Shown: positions 39,901 to 54,400, counted from the first letter of the stretch. The stretch is 64,000 bases of DNA from Azolla caroliniana (GCA_043228905.1 JBHGNT010000001.1:4464001-4528000); one strand, 5' to 3'. A program made the numbers and translations. The notes: generated by a model not told the origin, from the sequence alone.

Positions 39901-41236
39901 GATAGTTAAATCATTTAGCGGCAACTTGGCAAAGTATGTTGACTTTTAAGAGTGACATCCTCTTAAAGAGAGGATGTGTGGTAATTGTTTAAATGGGGTT
40001 TTGGAAACATAGTTTGAGGTTTCTCTAGAAATATTTGAGTTTTTCATTAACATTGTGTTACCCCATTTTCCAAAATTTTGTGATTCCAAATATCTAAGAG
40101 CAACTTCTTTGAATGGTGAAAGAAAAAGATAGATAGCAAAACTAAAAGGGAACTTCAATTATCAATGTATGTATGTCATGTCCCTCTACTAATGATTTAT
40201 TCTATTGGAAATTTCCTGTTAGTAATATATGCATTGGTAAAAGCAAATATCTCTTTTGAGTTTCTTTCCACAATTGTTTCATAATTTTGGTGCAAACTTT
40301 TGAGATAAGTACATTCTTAGTAATAATTGAAAATTTCACAGGTTTTGCATTCATTAGTATATTAAAAAGACTACATAAAATATAACATTTTGTCAAGATT
40401 TGCAATTATAAGATTTGGATTCATGTTAGGAGACTTGGACTCTTCTAAAGGTAAATGGCAAAACAAACAACCATACCTATTATGCATAATAATAGCTCTT
40501 TCGATTGAATCTAAACCATATCCAAAGACTTAGACCATGGGAAATGTTAATTGATAAGATGAAAGTTATAGGCATGGCATAGACCAAACCATTTACACTG
40601 TTAATTGATAAGATTTGAGCACTAAAGATACTTTAAATTGCAACTAAAGAAAACCCATGTGTAGTTAATAGTGAAAATTGTTAAAACATGTATGCCACAA
40701 GATGACCTTTGGTAGGTAGTTAGTAGTACGTATGTCACACAAGCATGGCGTTTTTTAAGGTGTTCACCAGAAATATAAGACTCAACATTGGCAAATATTT
40801 TTAACATGTTCAAGTATCATAACTTCAAACACAAGGCTATGGTATTCTGATAGGATTAGGAAAAAAACCTTCTATGTATGCATTATCGTTTTTGTAAATA
40901 GATCACATTCATTATAGGAGATTAAACAAGCACTTTGTAAGATTTCATGATTGATACATTCAACATATTATGACTGTTTTTATCTTATACGCATGGAGGA
41001 ATAAAGAAAGATATATTAGAGTCTACAAGAGGAGAAAACCAGCATATGAGACAAATGTTAGTGCCTTTTGACACAGATAGAGAGAGAGTGAGAGAGAGAT
41101 CACTCTTATCGATGTACAATCTTTCATACATAGTAGACTTTCCATCATGATTTAAGATCAGAGGAACAACTTGTCTCAGCAAAACAAAATCTTAACATTA
41201 GGAGGAAATCTAGCTCATAGTTCGCACATCAATTCT

Positions 41237-41325
41237 CTATTCGATGACACTTTCCCTGCTCAGAGATTCTCTTTTCAATGACACTTTCCCTGCTCAGACA
41301 TTCCCTATTTGATGACACTTTCTCT
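41237..41325. repeat. Short tandem repeat (about 2.5 copies of ~34 bp)
   Basis: ATGACACTTTCCCTGCTCAGA.ATTC occurs twice, followed by a partial third ATGACACTTTC. Confidence 0.8.
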
Positions 41326-41808
41326 CCCTCATTGAGAGAGAAAGAGAGAATAAATGCAATTAGAGATTTCTTATTACCCTTTACAATCGTGTGGCGGTAA
41401 CATTATAATCATTCCATACTGCAACTAATACAATATCTTTTACACAAGTAGAAGGAAAAAGGTCACTGTGAAGGAAAAGTATTTCTCATTCTTTTGTTCG
41501 GAACAGTTTTTCCCTCACGAATGAATGATCAAGAATCACCACTATCTTGCAGTTTTAAGACTACACGAAGATTCTTAATATGATATGTACCTTAAATTAG
41601 TCAATCTCCGACTCCTTTGAAATATTGACTACATGAAGATTCATAATATGTTATGTACCTTAAATTAGTCAACCTTCAAGCCCTCTGACATATTTAGTCT
41701 ATAAGCACATTACATATGGTATCCAATTGTCAAACTGGTTTCCTTGTGACTATGCCAGACTTTTGTGACATGGTGCATTCTTGAAACGGCACAGCTATGC
41801 TGAGTTCC

Positions 41809-44735
41809 TTAAATAGTTGATAAATCATCAACTTCGGAATGGAATATAAAGCTTGGGAAAGTAGTCGTGATATCCCTGTAATACAAGATAACACATTTAC
41901 CCAGATAGCCTTCAGCAGTAAAATATATTAGACCACCACCCCTCTTCTTTTAAATCACCAAATCACCCCTCTAGTTTTACTGAGCTTAGTAAGTAAATAA
42001 TTTGATTATAATGAGGAATTACTTTAGAGGGTAAGTTTGCCCATAATTTGCACTTAGTAGGCTGATAAATATTATTTATGTTACTGAATAGAACTAATCA
42101 CACGATATTACAATCACTAATTAGGGGCACACATATTGATCATTAACTAAAACTATATAGTTCCCTAAACTATGTTTAAGTAAGCGCTGAAGAACCCCAA
42201 CTTTTCCGAATATTTCTATTATCTTTACAGTTGAATAAAAAATTGACCAACTTAAAGTTTTTGAGCTATAGTATGGTTCTATCAACTTTCATGAATTAAT
42301 GTTTTTCGATACCTGAGGTAAGGTAATGTCATCATCTTTATGAGGGCAGGATTGCAGGAAACGAATCTTCCCCACTCTTCTCTATCGATCTTGCCATCCT
42401 TGTTTAAATCTGCATCTGCAAAAGTCTAAAAAAATAGAGTTTCTACAGCAAAACTGATATTTACTATGACTTGTTCCTCTTATAAATGGCACAAACTAAA
42501 TGCATACATATAATGTCCCCAAACACAAGTGCAAAGACAGTTGTGACATAATCACAAATTCCTTCACTATATATTACTTTTCTTAGACAACATCAAAAAT
42601 CTCATCCACCCCCTCATATTTAAATATATTTGAATCGTTGCCCTTAGGAATAGCAAATGCATGCAGAGCAAAGGCATTAAGTCTGACGCCCAAGGTAAGG
42701 TTCCATATAAAACTTAGCATTCAATGACAAAGTTTCAAATTTGAGCATGGACCCTCAGACGTACTGCTAACTCTAAATTGATTAACATTGGGCATTCCTT
42801 TGAGTTTTATTTCTGCAATCTTTCATCAATTTTAGGTGCACCTTCAAGTTCAAAATTGACATCATAATGCAATATAGGCTTTGCAGCTGGGAGGTGATTT
42901 CTTATAGTTGTTCTAAACGAGTGCACAGATTTTCTCATGTGATATGTACTGCTTGAAGTTCAAAGGACGCTAGCAAATCAAGAGAAAAAAGGGCTGTGCT
43001 TGTATTCTGTCAAATACCTTGTCTAAGATTGTGGCAATCACATCATCAGACAGCTCCATATCAGACTCTGCCATCAGTGCAACCAACATCAATTTGACCT
43101 ATATATTTATACATCAAGCATATGCATCAGTATCACAAATTACAGCCATCGATTGGAAACAAAATAAAGAATCAATAATCGTTTGTCTAAAGGATCACCT
43201 CTTCTCGTCCAATGTGCCCATTTTGCCTAAAGTCATATAGCTTGAATGCAACTGTTCCAACAAACCGAAGTGTTTGTCAAAAGTATAGCTTCATCATATA
43301 ATAATGAACTGAATATCTAGAAAGTCAAAAAGACCTACATTCAATCTTTTCCCCATCAGTAGCATTTGGATGAAATACGCTGAGACCCATCACAAATTCC
43401 TTAAATTCCAGCAAACCCTTCCCTTCGACATCAAAAACATCAAACACCTGAAGATTCATAAGAGTCTGTTAGTGAATGCCCAGGCATTTCAATAAGCTCT
43501 AATCTTTTAACGTAGTATTTAATTGCTTCACAATTTCACCATAATTTCTAGCAGCATTTTGAATCAGCAAGGCAATAGCTTCATGTTAAGACATCTAACC
43601 ACAGCAATACGCTCTTTTTATTAAACAAAATATTACAGAGAACGGCATGATAGTAAACATCAGGGCTTTATTCACATTGAATGTTTCTGATAATTGTATT
43701 TAGGATCTTTTCATAGATACTCAAATAGGGTTCTCACCATTTTCATGTTTGGCTCCTTAAATATGTAAAAGACAGATATTTCTATTTTGGTCTTTTCCCA
43801 GAGACCTCTTAATAGTATTTCCTCATGGAAAATAATCTTATGCTAAAAAGTGGGTCATTCTAATGGAAAGATCTAAAGTTGATCTGAAGAAAGATTTAAA
43901 AACAGAGAGCATACAATAAGTTTTAGGGTAAAATTACAAACTTTTATGGATATATTATACAATACTACACATATTTGAACGCTAGTTTAATAAAATAACA
44001 CCTATTTTCATGAAGATAAATAATCAGCGTATGTATGACGGCTAGAGACAAGTCAATAAAATCATAATACATATGAATAAGTAGCTAAGCCATTGAGAAA
44101 CAAATAATCAGGATATTCAATTGCAAATTTAAGAAACTCGGAAGGAACTAAAAGGTCAAATCCGCATCAGTTTATGCTCATCTTGCAGAAAAAATCAAAT
44201 GATGATTAATCTCTGTATAAATATTCTAATTTAGCATTAAAAAGATCTGGCTGCAGTCATACAGGAAAATTGAATACTTAAAACAACATTCACAGCATAA
44301 GAAGTTTACTGAGAAGCATACCCTATCTGCAAAAAAATTCTCTTTCTTTTTGTTTTGGAACAAAGCTAGTCGAAATTCTTCCTGCATTGTGTCAAAGACT
44401 TCTTTAACTATCATAACTCGAAGAAAATAGGAAAAACTGCATTGAATGGAAGATTAATATAAACCTGAATTTGTACCTTGTGTATGACACCATCATCTAT
44501 CAGAGTACTGCTTATCTGTTTGTAAAGTTCATATAAAGCCTCCACTTCACTAATACTAACTGCATGCTCAAATTAAAAAACACAATTATAATCTTCTGAA
44601 TAATATTAAAGTTCTATCAGCATAGTCCAAATATTTTGAGCTCGAAATTTCCTTACATGATGTCCGCATTGAAAGTGTGAGAGGGTTCTCATGTCCTGAG
44701 ACCTGCTTTAGAGGTTTTGACTGGAAACAGCCCAT
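41809..44735 (-). CDS. CBL: Calcineurin B-like Ca2+ sensor, MGCxxS dual-acylation type, 8 coding exons, ~214 aa
   Basis: Exons: 44735-44657 ([26 protein letters not shown]), 44559-44477 ([28 protein letters not shown]), 44381-44322 ([20 protein letters not shown]), 43447-43339 ([29 protein letters not shown]..), 43251-43199, 43098-43018, 42425-42313 ([25 protein letters not shown]), 41875-41809 ([21 protein letters not shown]). All introns are GT-AG, the frame is continuous, and the FPSF motif is present. Confidence 0.95.
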
Positions 44736-44748
44736 ATGGTACAATAAC

Positions 44749-47700
44749 CTGCTTCACCGTACATCTACTATTTTACAGCAGATACTTTGTGCACCCTCTC
44801 TAGATCCTGAGAGTCTGGAATAAAATAAAATAACTCAAATGTTAGAATAGAGTTATTTTACTCTACCAGTTGTTTTCCAATTATGTCAGCTCACATTATC
44901 TATTTTATAGCAGACATTGTCACACTCTCTCTTTGTTATATCCAGATTCCGAGAGTCTAGATAGAATACAAACCCAATTTGTTCTTACATTGCATGGCCT
45001 CCGTCCATAGTACACTTAAATAATAACCTGCTGTAAGAGTATTCAACGACAACTTTTCTATGTACTGGAATTTGGTCTCTTATTTATGAAGAGCACAAAG
45101 TCACTTTATTCCAGGCTCATGCTGGCAATAATGGGACTAATCCATCAGCCTATTCATAGAATCCCTCATATCATAATACTCTGTTGTAGTTCATAGACCA
45201 AGGCCTTGATCATGCATAGAGCACTTACATTTGTTATATTTATAAAGAGAACTACATTAATATGATTACAGAATAGTGACTGACATTTAAATACTCCACG
45301 GATTACTTTCATTTTTGTTAGATGGCCAGCACAATTGCACTCTTGACAGCTATCTTTTAGACATTTAAATAACTCTCTGCAGCTAGACAAGTATTCCCTG
45401 CAGCTTCATGAATTTGAAACTTAATTGTCCAAGAGTGGAGACTGAGTGTTAGAATGAAGTTTAACTTCAGAATCATTTTATTTATGTCATGCAGAGATAT
45501 ATTGTTAATTGCATTCTCTCACAGGGAATATAAAGTATGTCTTTGAGAGATGAATAAGCGCATTTTGGTCCTCTTTGAAACTAAGACGAGGAATTGGCTA
45601 ATCACTTCCCAGCTAGAGCACTTAAATTACTATCACGATTCACTACAACGTATATACCTCCAACCCTTAAAAGAGTACTGGTCATATGATAGTCACATCA
45701 GGCGAGCATGAATATATAATAATATTGAGAAGGTAAAGGAGATACATGTCGTGTCAGCTAAGCAGATGGAACTATACCATGCTCAATCTGGAGATTAATC
45801 TTCCCACTTCAACCCGTTTAATATATCTTATGAGTAGACTCAAATATACATTCTATCAACAGCAATTTTTTCATATTTATTTGTTTGGACATGGATAAAT
45901 ACTGAGATAGGGATATAAAATGGTATTCAGAACAACAATAAGCCATCAATATGACCTTGAGTTTTATGTGAAAACAGGACATCTCAGACACTTCATGCAG
46001 TTATCTTCTTTTTTCTAATAATTCTCTCTTCTAATTCCATCATATTCATTATCATAGAGTTCATGACACTTGAGCAGAAATTAGAGGTAGAATGTATGAC
46101 CCGCTGATCTATATCAAGCTCTCTCTCTCTCTCTATGGAGTACCAACTTATAATAACCATTTCTCATACCCCAATTGTAGCATAGACCGCAATAGCCAAG
46201 ACAGTCATGCACTACCTTACATGATGGGGAGGGTAAAGCTTTGGCTTCCTGGCCGAGAACACAGAAAAAGGGTGATGACAACATTATCCCAGTTAACGAT
46301 GCCCAAAGTTGCAATAAGATGACCCAAATGGATTTTGTAATTGGGAAGGAATCTGTGTCTGAAATCCTCCTCAATAACGGTACAGAAAAAGCATGTTCTA
46401 TCTTAAACGTGTTAGAATTCTAAAGCTACCAAAGCAAACCTGCCCATCACTCCTCGCAAAAGATATACTTTCACATTAAATGGAAGATGAAATTGTCTTC
46501 TACCACATTTGGTAACATGTCATGTATGCAACATCTTGACCACTAAACAAGCTTTATATTCAATCAACTTATGCTAGATGACATTGGTGTGCACCACGAG
46601 TATTGATCTGTTGCTGTCAAAAAAATCTTTCCACAGATCATCTGGCACCAATTCTTGAACAGCCATGTAGTGACTGCTGAGCTTGCTGCTGATAACTTCA
46701 TGAGTGCCACATCCGAGAGCAATATGCTTTCAATCAATGAATCAAAGGGTTCCCCTTCGTGTGGGACAATATCTTAGGAGACAATGTTGATAAAACATTT
46801 TATGTACTAAATGAAATCCCAGTCAGTATCCCTCGATACATCTCATACAGAGTCAGTTACAAGTGTGATTTGCAACATTTTGGCAGCACACTTCCTATCA
46901 ATTGCAGACATGTTATTAAAATTCAACTTGTATGTGTGTATCTTGTAACGAATATAGATGTCTCAACGTCTATATTACACGTACAACATGTGTGTTAACT
47001 TTTACGAGACTGTGTCAAGTTATTATACATCAAAAATATATATGGTCTCATGACTTGCTAGAGAGGAGGGATGAGAGAGACTAGTATAAGAGTGACGTGG
47101 AGGAGATCTTTGCAAGGAGTGTGAGAGTGGGATCCAGAATGAAAGAAAGAAATTGGCACTCTTTATGCAATTGCTTCTGTAACAGGTAAATAAAAAAGCT
47201 AGTGTGACAAATTTTTAATTTGTTTGTTGGGAGGTTACAAGCATCTGTTTGCAACAAGTTGCAAACTCACACCAGTCACAAGATGATATACATCGCAGCT
47301 GGCCAAAATCAATCATTTCTCTTGACACCCAAGCAGATAAACTCAAGTTTTAATGTCAATTTCACTTTACATGAGATAAAAAGCAATTGGTTGCAGAGGG
47401 GTGAACATCAAGAATACGCATTCAGTACATGAAGAGGGGCAAATTCTGAACCTCCATGGAGGTTGAGCAATCTAGTTTGGATCTCCTAAACCATCAATCA
47501 CCCCTCAGGATATCACCATCCCATGGTTTTTGTGCTCCTACTTAACTTCTGACAGTAGAAACATGCTTCCTGCATATTTTATAGCAACACCGACATTTTA
47601 TAGCCTCCTTTGGGCTCCATGTGTGGTCGTTTGTTCGATGAGTCATATTGGTCCCCCAGGACAATATTAAAGTTTAACTATCTCTAGTGTTGTACTGTAC

Positions 47701-47914
47701 TGGTAAGTCATGTTTTTATTATCCCATCAAATTGGATACAAATCTCAATAATTCGCTAAATCATCGCGGAGAATGTAGGAGTTGAAAGCATGAACCTTCT
47801 AGTCTGAAGCTGACAGAATTACTAACAGAGCTAGATCTGTTCCCTATCTCTCTACCTTGCGTAGAAATATCCAAACCACACATCTTAATGGTTTAATACA
47901 TTGACATACATGAA

Positions 47915-47958
<44 letters not shown>

Positions 47959-48380
47959 AAGAGACACACATACACACGTATATGAAGATCCAAGTTCACA
48001 TTTTTCGTTATAATGTGGATTTACATGATTATTCTCGATGTCTCTCAGACATATATGAAGATTCAATATCACATATATGAAGATTCAATATCACATATCT
48101 TCATATGAAGTTGATCTACATAAGCTCTTTGTCTCTCTCTCTCTCTCTCTCTGACAATAACACGGGCGCGCACACACACACACACAGAAATCTTACAGAG
48201 AGGAGTTAAAAGCATGCCTGTAGTGGGACCTCGGCCATGGTTGAGATCCAGGAGACTCTGTTTTGGTGAAGATGCAGATGAGTGTGCGGGAAGGAGGGAG
48301 GCAATCAAAGGGAGAAAGAGAGTAGGGACAGAGACAGAGATGAATGAGTGGTTCTGACGATATATGTACATATATAAATA
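44749..48380 (-). promoter_or_regulatory. Probable CBL leader: TATA-like region (~48361-48380), 5' UTR exon (~48350-48197) and ~3.45-kb leader intron
   Basis: Minus-strand TATTTATATA is followed by a CT-rich leader. Donor CTCT|GTAAGA at 48196; acceptor GCAG| at 44749, 13 nt before the CBL ATG. Confidence 0.55.
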
Positions 48381-48708
48381 TTTACTGATTGAAAAAATAA
48401 AGTGTAAAGGGGAAAAGAGGTTGAAACAGAGTCATCAATGAATGGCGTGCCAATGTGGGCACAAATAAAAGCACACTCAAAATGTGGGCACACCACACCA
48501 CCATGATTAATGATGATTAACGATGATTAACGATGATTAATCGTACGTTATGTTGTCATAGATGGTGTAGTTTACATACGTCTCTTTCTTCTATTTCCTC
48601 AAGGTCACTCTTTTGTGCACACATGTGTTCATGACTCATGAGAGAGAGAAACAGAGAGAATAGATGTTTTATTGTCCATGAAGAGGCCAAATTTGACCTA
48701 TGGGAGAA

Positions 48709-48745
<37 letters not shown>

Positions 48746-51440
48746 TCAAATGATTGTAGCTCTTTTGGTAAAGTTGTTTGATTGGAACTATATTGCTGTA
48801 CATTGAACCCCCTACATTCCATATTGGCATCTACTAAAGTACTAAGTAGTGCATATAGTGAGTTTGAATTGGGTTTCGTAAAAACATGGCTTAATGCTAG
48901 TGTATATGTATATCTCTAATCCTAAACACAAAAAAAGGTTGGCGAATGATGTTACTACCATAAACTATCATTTATTTGATGTTATTGCCATAAACTATCA
49001 TTCGAGTTTCATAACAAGAGATATGTGTGCGTAGAGAGGGGTGGGCGGATGTAGATTAAGTTCTTATTGTTGATTGGGGAGCCGATAAAGATTTCATTGA
49101 ATTTGGTTCCCCAATAGGGATCGTGTTTGTATGGTTTAGACCTTAAAATGGCATTATCAATGAACAATTTCATGCATAACCTTTTGCAATCCTTTTAGGG
49201 ACCCATGCATAATCTTTTAGTTCACTTTGTTTGCTCACTTAGCATTGAGACAATAATGATTGAAAACTACCAAGCCAAATTAGTACATTAGCTTCAATAT
49301 TAGAGCTATGAAATTCTACATTTGGGGCACTACCACTATGGAGTCCAAGTTTGAGACTAACACTAAGCCAAACCGAATAATGATTGATAGCTACTTTTCC
49401 CCAAACCGAATAAGCACATTGGCATGTTTTGCGTATGTTAAATATGTATGTAAGTCCATATGCTCATAAGAAATAAGTATCTTGAAATAGAAACCAAATA
49501 TCCTTCAAATAGGGTAAAAGAAAATTTTAATGTCGTACTATTAAGTGTTACACTCAACCTTGCAAAAATTATGGATAAAACATCTACTTGTCCATCTCTT
49601 ACATCAAAAGGAGGCTCGTCTCATTAACATATGTTTATCAAATTGTTGCCAAATCTTCTCAGCACAAACCAAATTATTTATTAAACAAAACATACTTTTT
49701 CTTTTGAATATACACTTATAAGAGCCACAAAATATCCTTTATTCACTCCGTATATTGTTTTTTGGATGCCGAATACTTTTAGCATATTTTTCAGATACGT
49801 TTAGCTTAATTATTATCTTACCAACTCTTAATAGATAATCAAGGGTCCTATATAGCATTCTAAACATGTCTTCATGTTTTGACTTACTACTTTTTTTTAT
49901 CGATTGCATGGGTGTGTGGGAGATCATCTATCAGGGTAACCCGCAAACAAGGGTTGAAAGGTATAGTTAGGGAGTTGAATGAGACATATCACATGCTAGT
50001 GCACGATGCAAAAGCATTGCCTTTATACATTGTAAAAGTGGATTTAGATGCTCCTACTTATTCAATGTATCAAATAATAATTGCATTTGTATTTACATGT
50101 GGTAGTTTCACCACCACTTAAAGTGGTATAAATAGATATTCCCAGATACAAAACATTAATCGACCTATATATATAAACTATTCAATGTAATCTATCAACA
50201 CATGATTATTGCTTCTTGTTTCTTAAATGAACCCGGGTTTATACCTTTTGAAAAAGGAAGTGAACTTGACATACAACTTTACAAGGATTGAAGTGGGGTT
50301 AGCCCGATGAATGTGAATTATTCAAAATCATTATAACCAATATCAAAATAAATAACAATGCAAGTCCAATCACATGAGCACTCTAATCAAAATTGTCTCC
50401 CTCGATTTCAAAGTTGGATCATTTTGATATCCAAAGTTGACTTCTTCCACTTGGTTCTAAAGATGACACTCCTGTTCAATAGATGTCAATCAATCTCTCT
50501 TGTTCACTAGAGTGCTCAAACTCATTCTTATAAAAAACCTTGGTGAATTTTAAATAATTTATTTTCTTTGTTTTATGACATTTTTCTCTTGTTTTTGCAA
50601 AGGCATGTAGCATGTTGTGGCAAGGTAAAGGAACATTAATAGAGGAAGGAAAAGGAAAAGGATACAGAGGAGAATATAACCTAAATGGCAACCATCAAAC
50701 ATGTAGGCAAAATGATGTATCAACATCACTAAACGTGCAATGAAACCAACGATAAATTACAATCGAAAATGATAACTTTTGAGCATATTCATGGTAGGAT
50801 GGTCAAAGAAGGAGAATTCTTGGAAGCAAGGAAAGTGTGTGCATGGTTTCAGCCGTCCTTGATATTCAAATAACAAGCTCAACTACAACTCTTTGGGGCA
50901 TGTATGTGCATTAAACTCCACCATTGACTTTATAAACGGGAGATGCCTTTACATTGAATGAAGCAGATACTAGATTGTTCTTAGCTTCTAAGTGTACTTC
51001 TATAGAAATGCTTATTATAATTTATTTACCTTTGGTATCCAACGTAGTTTCATTTTTCATTGTGGTTGATCAATATAAATTATGTTATTTGGTGCATCAT
51101 TGTAAAATACTTAGAATTCATGTTATAAAGATGAATATGTAGAATTCATTAAATGCTTATAATATTTGCATTGCATCTAAGATTTGTTTTACTAAATTTG
51201 GATGATTTAATCTCTCAAATGCATACAAGTATTGCACAAAAAACTTAATGTGATGAAAGAATTGTGCGTGCCAAGAACTTTGGTCAACAAAGAAATCGTT
51301 TCATCTCAATGAAATTAGTAGGCAAAATTATTATTATTATCATTATTTGGAGACGTAAGATACTTGACATTAAATATGCATAACATTTGGATAATGACAA
51401 TTCTAAAATATAGAATAACTTAGGTAATTCAAAGTATTCT

Positions 51441-54400
51441 TGGATGTGATCAAGCCTGATTTGGTTGATGGGCTAAAAGAGGCATGGGGTGTTGGGTGCT
51501 TACTTGCACAATTTCAAGAGGGGATGATATTTCGAATTCCTAAGATACAAGGTGTAATAATTGATGCAAGGCAATGGAGACCGATCACGCTGCTCAACAC
51601 AATATATAAGGTTTTGCCAATATACTGGCCAAAGAGGGTAAAACCCTACCTCCATGAACTAATCTATGTTGGACAAACAGGGTTCATGGAAAACAGATGC
51701 ATAATTGATAATGTGTTGACATTTTGGGAGGAGATTGCCTTGGCAAAGGAAACAAATAAGCACATTGCTTGACTTTGAGAAGGCATATGACAGAGTTCAG
51801 TGGCCTTTTATAGATAAAGTCATGGAAAGGTTGGGATTACCTTTAAAATGGAGATTGGTTGCGCAAGCCCTTTACAAAGGAAGTTAGAGTAGGGTGTTAG
51901 TGACAAGGCATCGTGGCCCATCGATTCCATTACACAAGTTTGGTAGACAGGGGTGCCCGCTAGCCCCCTACATGTATTTATTTATTATAGAGGCATTCTC
52001 TTTCTTTTTGAACAGATTGAATGCAGGAATAAGGGGTTTAATTATTCCACAGGCAAGCAAGGATCTACTGGACTCCGAGTATGGAGATGACACTATGCTT
52101 TACTTGCAAGGCAACGATGCAAGAAGGTTGAAGGACGGATTGAGTTGTTTTGCAAAGCGTCAAGGGGGGAAATTAACTGGAACAAAAGTAGAGGATTTTG
52201 GGTAAGTTCAAACCCATGACCGTTATGGTGTCCTAACCTTGATTTTCAATGGGTCCCCATTGGCATGGCTGTTAAGTATTTGGGCTTTTTGGTGGGAGTT
52301 GAGACACCTAAACTCGGCAGCTTGAGTAGGTGAAAGACAAAATTAGAAAAAAGCTTTGGTTGTGGGCATCAATAAAGCTTCCCCTTGCTAGTAGGGTGGT
52401 TGTGGTACACCATATTTTGTTGGCCACCATGTGGCATGTTGGATGTTAGACTAAGCTTGCATAAAAAATATTAAGGCAATGGTGAGAGGTTTCCTGTGGT
52501 CGAGTAGAGACAATGAGATGGTGTCAACTAAAGTGGCTGTTAGGAATCGACCAACCACAATTGGTTACACGTTCGTATTCGGGTGCAGAAAACAAAAGAG
52601 CTAGTACACGAACAAGAAAACGTGAAGACAAGAAAACAAGTACAGAGAGACACTAGATGCTTAACGTGGAAACCCAAACTGGGAAAACCATGTGGAGTCC
52701 ACAAACTCTAAAACAAATCACTATGGTAGGGAAGAAGTACAATGAGGAACTCGGAGGCAACGACCTCGAGTTCTCCTTCGTTTGATAGACAGCTATAGAG
52801 TTACACTCTCACACTCTCACTCGTCCTCTCACAGGCACAGAGGCAACTACCTCCACTGACTCTATAACAACTAATCATCAACATCTCTATAAAGTTTCGC
52901 CCTAGTTGTTTTTATACCAAAACAACTTTCAGGTTATTTACAAGTAAGGCCCACAAGGGCATTTTAGACTATTTACAATTATAGTCTTCCGAATCGTTTT
53001 CGGTTCTCAATTTTGATCTCGGCCTCGGCCGAGTTACTCACCAACTTGGTTCTTCTCTTCCCATTCGGAGGGACTTGTTTCCCAATAATGGCGTGGGGTT
53101 GTTTCATTAAGGTGAAGAATCAGGGAGGACTTGGACAGGTGGATCCGGTTCACCAAAGTAAGGCTCTACTTGGTAAGCTTCTGGTGCAAAATCTGCAACC
53201 CGGACCAGAATTGTGGAAGGTGCTCCTTAGGAACAGAGTTGACCTTTGGTGTCCAAGGAATGGTGGTCCTTGGCAGGCAAATACATGGTGGTTGTTCAGT
53301 CTAGCTGTAAAGTTGAAAGAACCGGCTAGCACAGAGGATAGGGTGGTTCGCGCCATAATGAAGGCATGGTCAAGTTTAAGAGAAGGGTTGGTCTTAATGC
53401 AACCAAAAACATTGGATGAATGGCTACGACAACCACCGTTTTGGAACCTTAGGATTAGAAGTGAAGATGGTATGATGCTTGGACAACAAAAGTACTTGCC
53501 TTGGGGGAGGATGTTAGGGTACCAGATTAGGTCGGTATACGATTGAGAGGTCTTCAACATGAAGAGGCAGGAGGGTCAGGTTGTTAGTTGTAGGTTTACT
53601 GGAAGACTAGAGAAGGTGACCCAACTGATAGATGAAGTTGTTGATGGATAAGGTAAGTTGAACGTGGAAGAGGCAATTTGGTTAGGCTAGTTTGTAGGTG
53701 AGGATGATGCACAACTTATTCGTGGTAGGTGCTCAACTAACAAGGATCATTTGTGGGGTAACCTAAGTTCGTTGACAGATGATGGTAGGTGGTTGGTAGT
53801 GTTGGAGGGTAGGAGGTGGCAATTGAACCTAGACCCTAAGACACTTGATCATGATTGTAAATATGGCTTTTCGATAACAAACCCCTATTTGATTTGGAGT
53901 GGGATCCATTGAAGGTATGGTGGCAGACACCGGGAACAAACAACTTGAAAAAGTTTTTTGAGTACAATACCAAGCTAGGAAGACAAATCATTGGATCTAA
54001 AACAGTGGGTGTTGTAATGATTCGCAATAGCTAGAAGGATAAAGGCATTTCAGACGACGATCTGAAGTCGTATTAGAGGAGACTATGGGCATTGGATATG
54101 CCACAAAAAATTAAGGCTTGGTTGTGGCTTCTTAGCCACAAGACGGTACCGGTAAGCGAGTGGTTAAGTTCCCGTGGTGGCGAGTTTGGCAGTAAGTTAT
54201 GTGGACATGCTTTGGAATCAATCTCTCATTGTTTTTGGAATTGTATAGAGGCGATTACCATTTGAAATAAAAGCCTTCGAATCATGGCAGCCTGTGGTGT
54301 GAAAGGGAACATTGTGTGGGGCTCCATACAAGGACTGTCTCTAAAAGGGGAAAGTTGGGGTGAACAAACCCACAAGGACATGGATTTATAGTGCAAGGTG

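Noticed and set aside
41237-41680. Short direct repeats (34-bp and 69-bp periods) with a superficial CRISPR-like look
   Set aside because: Only 2-3 copies, similar rather than unique spacers, a eukaryotic context and no cas genes.
42313-42425. Apparent frameshift in CBL exon 7
   Set aside because: Careful re-reading gives 113 nt and a continuous frame ([23 protein letters not shown]).
46590-46604. 15-nt inverted match (AATACTCGTGGTGCA) between the CBL leader intron and the PPR CDS at about 56456
   Set aside because: A few 15-mer matches are expected by chance in 64 kb, and the flanks do not align.
46140-46740. Coding-like minus-strand stretch in the CBL leader intron
   Set aside because: It contains in-frame stops and no motif I can identify, so no feature call is supported.
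50810-50910. Faint PLS-PPR-like peptide (GEFLEARKVC)
   Set aside because: Too short and too degenerate to distinguish from chance.
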